Positions 1 through 6,892 of a stretch of 12,391 bases of DNA are shown piece after piece; position 1 is the stretch's first letter; each line of letters opens with the position of its first letter. The position numbers were made by a program, and so were the translations under genes. Where the stretch lies: the NCBI GenBank assembly GCA_043754515.1, contig JAYUUO010000134.1:1-12391 (forward strand), given 5' to 3'. Origin of the DNA: Armatimonadota bacterium. GTDB lineage: Bacteria; Armatimonadota; Armatimonadia; Armatimonadales; Armatimonadaceae. The notes below the pieces were generated by a model, which was given only the letters and a program-made list of their open reading frames with translations, had not been told where the DNA came from and made no database searches.

Positions 1-2
1 GC

Positions 3-99
3 ATTTTTGCAGTCTACCATAGTGACAAAGACCAACCTAAACCCCATATGTAGTAGATCGCAACGGTTACACCTCACTACATATGGGCTGAATAGTTAC
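3..99 (-). mobile_element. Terminal part of an insertion sequence (IS66-family-like end), left copy; the element runs leftwards off the window
   Basis: 3..99 is the exact reverse complement of 12295..12391. Read on the minus strand from 99 it begins GTAACTATTCAGCCC, and IS66-family termini begin 5'-GTAA. It is AT-richer than the cluster. No transposase is visible in the window. Confidence 0.65.
43..87. repeat. 12-bp perfect inverted repeat inside the terminal repeat (CCCATATGTAGT-n21-ACTACATATGGG)
   Basis: 43..54 and 76..87 are exact reverse complements; mirrored at 12307..12351. Confidence 0.9.
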
Positions 100-154
100 G
101 GACAATGAATTGTTCCCGGATTCCAGTCGCATAACTCGACCGACTGGCGACGAA

Positions 155-565
155 CTACGCTTTTCGCTCCGCGAAACCGACCGGCGGCGCAAACGTTTCC
201 GTTTCCGGCTCGGTGATCTCGGACGGGCGCGGGTGAATGCATGGGAAGTCTTTCTCGACGTAGAACGAAAAGCCGTCGCCACCGTCTCCGCTATCCGCGG
301 GTTGCTGGCAATAAACGCCCTCGATTGTCGGGTCCGAGAGCCGCGCTACCTCCGCGCGTCCCAGATCGAAGCGCACGACGTTCCCGTCCGCCACGATCGC
401 ACTCGTCTCGCTTCCTGGAGCCAGCACTATCACCCAGCCACGCCCGCCCGCCGCGCCGCCCGGCAATCCGAGGCGTTCTTCCAGCGGCTCGCCCCGCTCC
501 AGCCGTGACAACTCCGTCGGCGAAATCCGTAGCCGCACGCTACCCGCCGTCCACCGTATCTTCAT
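155..565 (-). CDS. Conserved hypothetical protein, DUF7009-like (136 aa)
   Basis: ATG at 565, TAG at 155-157. The N-terminal MKIRWTAGSVRLRISPTELSRL and C-terminal YVEKDFPC match the MK(I/L)R...S(V/L)RLR...(I/V)EKDFxC pattern I recall for this family. Divergent from the nas cluster. Confidence 0.75.
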   Translation of the reverse strand: MKIRWTAGSVRLRISPTELSRLERGEPLEERLGLPGGAAGGRGWVIVLAPGSETSAIVADGNVVRFDLGRAEVARLSDPTIEGVYCQQPADSGDGGDGFSFYVEKDFPCIHPRPSEITEPETETFAPPVGFAERKA

Positions 566-633
566 AAGACTAGCCTACCACCCGCGCTCCCGCACGGTTC
601 CCGAAAAAATATATATCCGCGCTCGTTGTGGTG

Positions 634-649
634 GAAACAGAACGGAAAC
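634..649 (+). promoter_or_regulatory. Candidate GlnR-type operator (GAAAC-n6-GAAAC)
   Basis: GAAAC at 634-638 and 645-649 with a 6-nt spacer, matching the 11-bp period of the actinobacterial GlnR box (gTnAc-n6-GaAAc). Lies in the divergent intergenic region upstream of the nas cluster, which encodes a GlnR-like regulator. Confidence 0.45.
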
Positions 650-891
650 AAATGCTCGATACAATGCCGGTCAATCGGACACGTTCCGAGCACAACGGTT
701 CTTATCATCGGCGTGCCGGCGCGGTCGCCTACGCACTCAAAAAACTCTTTTTCCGGTTCGGTGTTCGGCGGGGTCGCCTTCCCTTATTGTTCGCCGTTTC
801 GTGTCGCGTGGTTCTCATTATCATGCGGCGCGTGTGGCGAAAAAATCCCTCTGCGCAGTGTCGCGTGGCGGAGTAACGAGGCTACCGACCG

Positions 892-1305
892 ATGTCCGAC
901 ACCCTTAATTTAACCGAAACCCGGCAGGAGCGCGATCTGCGTACCGGCACCGTTCACCCCCGCTTTTTACAGGGCGTGTTCCCGTTCGCCGGACGCGGCT
1001 TGTTTGAACTCGCCCTTCTCGACGACGCGCTTGCCATCCGCGTCCCGGCGGGTACCACGGCGCGGCTGGTCTATTTTCGCGCCGGGAACGCCTCCGACGA
1101 ACTCGTCTACCTCGCGTTCGCCGTGAACGGTTCGCCGATCCGCTACTTCCCCGTCGGCCCCAACGCCGATTTCCACGTCCCGCTCGTTATCGTCGAGGCG
1201 CACCACGCGGGCGAAACGCTCGCGATCTACTTCGCCGCGCCGCGCGGCACCACCGGCACGCTGGTCGTGGACGCCGGGTTCCTTTTTGGGGAGCACGGCG
1301 AGTGA
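892..1305 (+). CDS. Uncharacterised small protein associated with assimilatory nitrate reductase (137 aa)
   Basis: ATG at 892 with GAGG at 878-881; its TGA overlaps the GTG start of nasA (GTGA). Motifs PRFLQGVFPF, YFRAGNASDELV, RYFPVG and HVPL match a small family I recall from actinobacterial nitrate-assimilation loci. No Cys residues. Confidence 0.85.
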   Translation: MSDTLNLTETRQERDLRTGTVHPRFLQGVFPFAGRGLFELALLDDALAIRVPAGTTARLVYFRAGNASDELVYLAFAVNGSPIRYFPVGPNADFHVPLVIVEAHHAGETLAIYFAAPRGTTGTLVVDAGFLFGEHGE

Positions 1306-3434
1306 CCGCGACCCATTGCCCCTATTGCGCCCTGCAATGCGGCATGGGCCTTGCGACGTCGGCGGGTGGCGCGCTCACCGTCGAGTCCCGCGACTTCCCG
1401 ACCAACAAAGGCGGGCTGTGTCGCAAAGGCTGGACTGCGACCGAGTTGCTGATGCATCCCGACCGGCTGACCACGCCCCTGATGCGCGAATGCCGCGCCG
1501 CGCCGCTGACCCCGGTCTCGTGGGACGCCGCACTGGACCGGATCGCGCTCGAAATCCGAAACGCGCAGGCGAAAGCCGGTTCCCCCGACGGCGTCGCGGT
1601 GTTCGGCGGCGGCGGTCTCACGAACGAAAAGTCGTACCTGCTCGGGAAGTTCGCCCGCGTGGCTCTGCGCACATCCCGTATTGATTACAACGGGCGGTTC
1701 TGCATGGCTTCGGCGGCGGCGGCGGGGGGCAAAGCGTTCGGGATAGATCGCGGATTGCCGTTCCCGGTCGAGGATATCGCCGGGGCGGACGCGGTGCTAC
1801 TGGTTGGCGCGAACCCCGCCGAGACGATGCCCCCGATCATGCGCCACTTCGACGACATGCGGCAAAACGGCGGCACTCTGATCGTCGCTGACCCGCGCCG
1901 TACCCCCACCGCAGCGACAGCATCCCTGCATCTGCAACTCACGCCGGGCACCGACGCGGCACTGGCGAACGGCCTGTTGCACATCGCGTCCGAATCCGGC
2001 TACCTCGACCACGCCTACATCGCCGAGCGTACGAGCGGCTACGACGCCACGCGCCGCGCCGTCGCCGCTTACTGGCCCGACCGCGTGGAGCGGATCACCG
2101 GGGTGCCCGTGCGCGAACTCCGCGAGGCGGCGCGGCTACTCGGCACGGCGCGAAGCGCGATTTGCCTCACGGCGCGCGGTCCCGAACAGCAGAGCAAGGG
2201 CGTGGACAACACGCTCGCGTTCATCAACTTAATGCTCGCGCTGGGCAAACCCGGCAAGCCGTCCTCCGGCTGGGGGTGCCTGACCGGGCAGGGGAACGGG
2301 CAGGGCGGGCGAGAACACGGGCAGAAAGCCGACCAGTTGCCCGGCTACCGCTCGATCAATAACCCCGCGCACCGCGAACAAATCGCTGCAATCTGGGGCA
2401 TCGCGCCGGAGGAACTGCCCGGCGCGGGCGTTTCGGCGTACGAACTGATGGACTCACTCGGGCAGGACGACGGGCCGAAGGCACTGCTCGTGTTCGGCTC
2501 CAATCCGGTGGTATCCGCGCCGCGCTCGTCGCACATTGAGGAGCGGCTGGGTGCGCTCGATTTCCTGTGCGTGTCGGACATCTTCCTCAGCGAGACCGCC
2601 GCCCGCGCGGACGTGGTGCTACCGACCGCGCAATGGGCGGAAGAGGACGGCACGATGACCAATCTGGAGGGACGGGTACTGCGCCGCCGGCGGGCGACAC
2701 TTCCCCCGGACGGGGTGCATACCGACGCCGAAATGCTGGTCGCCCTCGCGCACCGACTCGGGCGCGGGGAGTTCTTCCCGTCTTCAGACCCGGAGACGAT
2801 CTTTGCGGAATTGTGCCGCGCGTCGGCGGGCGGCGTCGCGGACTACGCCGGGATCACCTACGAGCGGATCGAATCCGAAACCGGGGTTTTCTGGCCCTGC
2901 CCGTCGGCGGATCATCCGGGCACGCCCCGGCTGTTCGCGAAGTCGTTCCCGACCCCCGACGGACGCGCCCGCTTCCACCCGGTGCGACACCGGCCGGCCG
3001 CCGAGGAGCCGGACGACGAATACCCGCTGTATCTGACCACGGGGCGCGTGATGGGGCAGTACCAATCCGGGACGCAGACGCGGCGCGTTCGCGGCTTACA
3101 CGACACCGCGCCCGAAGGGTTCGTGGAGATGCACCCGAACCTCGCGCGCCACTTCCGCGCCACGGACGGCGAGATGATCCGGGTCACCACGCGCCGGGGC
3201 ACCGCCTCGGTGCGGGCGCGGCTGACGCAGTCCATACGCGAGGACACGCTGTTTATCCCGTTCCACTTCGCCGGGAGCGCGCGGGCGAACCTGCTGACCA
3301 ACCCCGCGCTCGATCCGGTCTCGAAAATGCCGGAGTTCAAAGTGTGCGCGGCGAAGCTCGAACCGTTCCTTGCCAGCGCGGCGCAATCTGAAAACAACAA
3401 CGCACGGGGCCATGTGGCAACCGACACCGACTAG
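1302..3434 (+). CDS. nasA: Assimilatory nitrate reductase catalytic subunit (Mo-bisPGD, [4Fe-4S]), 710 aa
   Basis: N-terminal THCPYCALQCG...GGLCRKG [4Fe-4S] motif, NGRFCMASA Mo-ligand Cys, LTGQGNGQGGRE, ADVVLP, and C-terminal LTNPALDPVSKMPEFKVCA. No Tat signal. GGGGAG RBS at 1288-1293. Lacks the C-terminal BFD-like [2Fe-2S] domain. Confidence 0.95.
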   Translation: MTATHCPYCALQCGMGLATSAGGALTVESRDFPTNKGGLCRKGWTATELLMHPDRLTTPLMRECRAAPLTPVSWDAALDRIALEIRNAQAKAGSPDGVAVFGGGGLTNEKSYLLGKFARVALRTSRIDYNGRFCMASAAAAGGKAFGIDRGLPFPVEDIAGADAVLLVGANPAETMPPIMRHFDDMRQNGGTLIVADPRRTPTAATASLHLQLTPGTDAALANGLLHIASESGYLDHAYIAERTSGYDATRRAVAAYWPDRVERITGVPVRELREAARLLGTARSAICLTARGPEQQSKGVDNTLAFINLMLALGKPGKPSSGWGCLTGQGNGQGGREHGQKADQLPGYRSINNPAHREQIAAIWGIAPEELPGAGVSAYELMDSLGQDDGPKALLVFGSNPVVSAPRSSHIEERLGALDFLCVSDIFLSETAARADVVLPTAQWAEEDGTMTNLEGRVLRRRRATLPPDGVHTDAEMLVALAHRLGRGEFFPSSDPETIFAELCRASAGGVADYAGITYERIESETGVFWPCPSADHPGTPRLFAKSFPTPDGRARFHPVRHRPAAEEPDDEYPLYLTTGRVMGQYQSGTQTRRVRGLHDTAPEGFVEMHPNLARHFRATDGEMIRVTTRRGTASVRARLTQSIREDTLFIPFHFAGSARANLLTNPALDPVSKMPEFKVCAAKLEPFLASAAQSENNNARGHVATDTD

Positions 3435-3492
3435 AACAGGCACCACGAATCGCTCCCCGATTCGAAAAGGCCGGACAGGTTTGACACAACGA

Positions 3493-4857
3493 ATGCACGA
3501 ATGTAAATGGATATGGCTCGTTCCCGCAACCGCGCTCCTATCGGCACCACTCGCCGCGAAGGCGCAAACACCCACCCCGTCGCCGGTCCCGTCGCACGTT
3601 GCACCTCCCCCGGCGTCCGTCTCAGCGACGCCGACCACAACCAACCCCGCCGCAAAAAAGGCGGCGACACAATCTACCCTGATCAACGGCACTCTCTCGC
3701 CGATACCGCTCCTGTTCGACCTCGGGAACGGGCGCAAGCTCACCGTATCCGGGTTCATACAGGGGCGGTACGAGCGGACCAACGCCGACAGTAGCCAGTT
3801 CCCGGAGGGCGGTCTGGGCACGGCGAACGGCTACAACGGCAACTACCTCGCGGGGACAAACGGCGAGTCGTTCAAGATCCGCGAGGCGCGTATCGCGTTC
3901 ACGACCACGCTCTCCGCCAACACGCGCGTCGTGGCCGAACTGGGTGACCCCGGCGCCATCAACAGTTCCACCAGCGGCTCGGCGCAGGTGTTCGTGCGGC
4001 GTCTGTTCGGCCAGTATACGTTCGGCGACGGTTCCGCGAAGTTCCCGACCGTGACGGCGGGGCAGTTCCCAAACCCGTTCGGCTACGCGATCAACCAGCC
4101 GCGCGCGATCTCGTACCAGCCGGAGCGGTTCCTCGCCTTTAACGAGGGCACGAGCGGCTTATTCTCCAGCCAGGAACAGGATCGCGGCGTGAAGCTCGAA
4201 TACGCGCCCGGTAAGTACTCGGTGTCCCTCGCGGTCGTGGACGGCACCGGCACGCTCTCGAACGACATCAACCGCGCCAAAGACACGATTCTGCACGCGC
4301 ACTACTACATCACGCCCGCGTTCCGTCTCGGCGCGAGCGGCTACTTCGGCTCGATCAGCACGCGCGTCGTCACCGGCACCGGGGCGACGGCGACCACGGA
4401 GATTAACAACGGCGCGAAGCGCGAACTGTTCGGGCTGGACGCGCAGTACACCGCCCCTTCCGGCGGCGTTTTCGCGCAGACCGAGTATCTTTCCGGGAAG
4501 TACGAAGCACTGCCGCCGTTCAAACTGCCGAACACGGTGGTTACGCCCGCCGTCACGCTCTCCGATTTCCTGCCCGGAAACAAGGTCGAGGGCTACTACC
4601 TGCTCGGCGGCTACACGTTCGCGGGCCGCTCCGCGCACCCGTGGAGTCTGATGGCGGGCTGGGACGTGCTGAAGCGAGAGAAGTCTGAGAGCAGCCAGAC
4701 CGACGAAAATATCGGGTTCGGCGGCACGTACAACCTGGATCGCGGTCTGCGTCTACGCGCCTACTACATCACGCCGAATAAAGTCGCGCACGCGGCGGGC
4801 GTGTCCGACCCGAAGAAGCGACCACTGCTGATTTTAGAGACTCAGTTCCTGTTCTAG
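3493..4857 (+). CDS. Outer-membrane beta-barrel porin (OprO/OprP-like), ~454 aa, putative nitrate/nitrite channel
   Basis: From ATG 3493: Sec signal peptide (KWIWLVPATALLSAPLAAKA|Q), a Pro/Thr/Ala-rich linker, then amphipathic strands (KLTVSGFIQGRY, FKIREARIAF, TVTAGQFPNPFG, QDRGVKLEY, EGYYLLGGYTF) and terminal ETQFLF ending in Phe, a BamA signal. TTG at 3481 is an alternative start. Confidence 0.8.
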   Translation: MHECKWIWLVPATALLSAPLAAKAQTPTPSPVPSHVAPPPASVSATPTTTNPAAKKAATQSTLINGTLSPIPLLFDLGNGRKLTVSGFIQGRYERTNADSSQFPEGGLGTANGYNGNYLAGTNGESFKIREARIAFTTTLSANTRVVAELGDPGAINSSTSGSAQVFVRRLFGQYTFGDGSAKFPTVTAGQFPNPFGYAINQPRAISYQPERFLAFNEGTSGLFSSQEQDRGVKLEYAPGKYSVSLAVVDGTGTLSNDINRAKDTILHAHYYITPAFRLGASGYFGSISTRVVTGTGATATTEINNGAKRELFGLDAQYTAPSGGVFAQTEYLSGKYEALPPFKLPNTVVTPAVTLSDFLPGNKVEGYYLLGGYTFAGRSAHPWSLMAGWDVLKREKSESSQTDENIGFGGTYNLDRGLRLRAYYITPNKVAHAAGVSDPKKRPLLILETQFLF

Positions 4858-4888
4858 GAAGAACCTGTTTGTCGGTATCTCGCGCGTT

Positions 4889-4925
4889 AAAAAAACAGGG
4901 GGCATCTGTGCCGAAGCCCCCCCTG
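4889..4925 (-). terminator. GC-rich hairpin followed by a U-tract on the minus strand, in the porin-narK spacer
   Basis: CAGGGGGC (4896-4903) pairs with GCCCCCCCTG (4916-4925). The A7 run at 4889-4895 reads as a U-tract after the stem on the minus strand. Confidence 0.45.
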
Positions 4926-4964
4926 ACCGTCCGGTCCCCAACTTAGTGGGACGGAGGCCATCGA

Positions 4965-6626
4965 ATGAAATTAGCGGATCTAAAAAGGTCGGGGCACGCG
5001 CCGTCTCTGCTCGCCGCGTTCCTGCACTTCGACATCTCGTTCATGATCTGGGTCATCCTCGGTGCGTTGATGCCGTTCCTGATGACCGACGCCGCACTCA
5101 CCGGCGCGAACTTACTGGTCACGCCGCAAGCTGCAATCACCGGGGCGGGGCAATACACGCTGATCGTGAAAGGCCCGCAGACGATGCGGGACAACCCGAA
5201 ACTCGCCGCCGACCAGCCGAAAACCGTGTACAACCTCGTGATCAAACCGGGCGATCCGGCGCACGCGACCCGCGCCTCGGTCAAGCCGGTCGAGAAGTTC
5301 GTGGTGAGCAACGCCGACCCGGCGAGCATAGCCGCCGTGAACGCCCAATCGAACCTGATACGTATCGCGCTCGCGCCGGGTGTCGCCGGAAACCCGAACG
5401 AGAACGTGATTGCCCTGAAGCCGATGGCGGCACTGGCCGCGACCGGCGCGGCCACGCAGCCGGTCGCAACCGGCTACCCGGCGTCCCTGAAACTGACGCT
5501 GATCGGGGTGCCGCTCCTCGCCGCCGGGTTCTGGCGTCTCCTGCTCGGCGGGCTATCGGACCGGTTCGGCTCCAAGCGCGTCGGCATGGCGAGCCTCGCG
5601 CTGACGCTGTTGCCGCTCCTGATCGGCTATCAGTTCGCCCGCGACACGAACGCGCTGTATGTGATCGGGTTCTTCTTAGGTGTCGCCGGTGCCTCGTTCG
5701 CAGTCGCGCTCCCGCTCGCCTCGCGCTGGTACCCGCCGCATTTGCAGGGCCTCGCGATGGGGATTGCGGGCGCGGGTAATTCGGGCACTGTTATCGCGAC
5801 GATCTTCGCGCCGCTCCTCGCGAAGAGCCTGGGCTGGCACAACGTGTTCGGCCTGCTGATGGTGCCGGTGTTTCTGGTGTTCGCGGCGTTCGCCCTGCTC
5901 GCGAAAGACCCGCCCGCCGCACCGGGCGAAACGAAGGTGTCCCCGCTCGCCGGGTACGCCGCCGTGCTCTCCCAGCGCGACACGTGGACGATGTGCCTGC
6001 TCTACTTCGTCACGTTCGGCGGGTTCGTAGGGCTGTCGAGTTTCTTCAACACGTTCTTCGTGGACCAGTACGACGCCCCGAAAGCGGCGGTCGGCTTCTG
6101 GACGTGGCCGTTTATCATCGCCGGGTCGTTCTTGCGGCCCGTGGGCGGGGCACTATCGGACCGGTTCGGCGGCGTGCGCGTGCTGTCTATGCTGTACGCG
6201 GTCTGTATCCTCGCGGCGGTCGGGGTCGGCGTGCTGATCACCAACTTCTATGTCTCGTGCCTGCTTCTACTCGTCCTGATGGGCGCACTCGGCATGGGCA
6301 ACGGCGCGGTGTTCCAGATCGTGCCGCAACGCTTCCGCAAGCAGATCGGCGTGATCACCGGGCTGGTCGGCGCGGCGGGCGGCGTCGGCGGCTACTACCT
6401 GAACTTCGTGCTCGGACATCTCAAAGACGCTACGGGGACCTACGCTTCGGGCTTCTACGCGTTCGCCGGGATCGCGGTTCTCGCGGTGCTTACACTACTC
6501 GCGGCCTCCCCCGCCTGGACGCGGACATGGCTCGGCGCGGGCGGAACGGCGTCCGGGTCGGTTTCGCCGCTACCCGGCATCGGTTTAGGCCCGGCGACGG
6601 CGACTATCGGGGGGGACGTTGTTTGA
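4965..6626 (+). CDS. narK: Nitrate/nitrite MFS transporter (NarK/NNP family) with a large insertion after TM1, 553 aa
   Basis: GHAPSLLAAFLHFDISFMIW N-terminus; conserved Arg in AGFWR and GSFLRPVGG; LSDRFG motif-A repeats; nitrate signatures GLAMGIAGAGNSG and GLVGAAGGVGG; LGMGNGAVFQIVPQRF. GGAGG RBS at 4953-4957. Confidence 0.93.
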   Translation: MKLADLKRSGHAPSLLAAFLHFDISFMIWVILGALMPFLMTDAALTGANLLVTPQAAITGAGQYTLIVKGPQTMRDNPKLAADQPKTVYNLVIKPGDPAHATRASVKPVEKFVVSNADPASIAAVNAQSNLIRIALAPGVAGNPNENVIALKPMAALAATGAATQPVATGYPASLKLTLIGVPLLAAGFWRLLLGGLSDRFGSKRVGMASLALTLLPLLIGYQFARDTNALYVIGFFLGVAGASFAVALPLASRWYPPHLQGLAMGIAGAGNSGTVIATIFAPLLAKSLGWHNVFGLLMVPVFLVFAAFALLAKDPPAAPGETKVSPLAGYAAVLSQRDTWTMCLLYFVTFGGFVGLSSFFNTFFVDQYDAPKAAVGFWTWPFIIAGSFLRPVGGALSDRFGGVRVLSMLYAVCILAAVGVGVLITNFYVSCLLLLVLMGALGMGNGAVFQIVPQRFRKQIGVITGLVGAAGGVGGYYLNFVLGHLKDATGTYASGFYAFAGIAVLAVLTLLAASPAWTRTWLGAGGTASGSVSPLPGIGLGPATATIGGDVV

Positions 6627-6675
6627 TAGGGAGTGGACGACTGCTACTGCTCCGCCGGGAACGCGGAGGCGGCGC

Positions 6676-6752
6676 GCTCGCGGTGCGGTGCGCTCGGGGA
6701 GGGCTGGTTGGTTGTCGTGTGGTGCCCTCTCCCCCGAGCGCACCGCACGAGC
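6676..6752. other. Strong GC-rich stem-loop in the narK-nirB spacer
   Basis: GTGCGGTGCGCTCGGGG (6683-6699) is the exact reverse complement of 6732-6748. Inner AGGGC/GCCCT pairing (6700-6704/6724-6728) extends it. No U-tract on either side. Confidence 0.8.
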
Positions 6753-6892
6753 CTGAATCAAACTGCAACCTATCCATGACCAGCTCACCCCACTAGGGCG
6801 GACGTCATTTAACGAAAAGTGGAACCGGGTGAACCACGGACACGCGTTCGTCACCCGCAAGAACGTGCAAGATCTAGAAAGTACAAAAAGCA

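Noticed and set aside
835..856. Sigma-54 promoter (TGGCGA...TGC)
   Set aside because: The GG at 836-837 needs GC at 848-849, which reads CC; the spacing is wrong.
626..913. 82-aa and 95-aa ORFs in the divergent intergenic region as leader peptides
   Set aside because: GTG/TTG starts without an SD, no recognisable motifs or amino-acid-sensing codon runs, and they overlap the likely promoter/operator.
3370..3492. Longer 495-aa start for the porin
   Set aside because: It overlaps the nasA 3' end and buries the signal peptide; ATG 3493 (or TTG 3481) gives a normal Sec signal.
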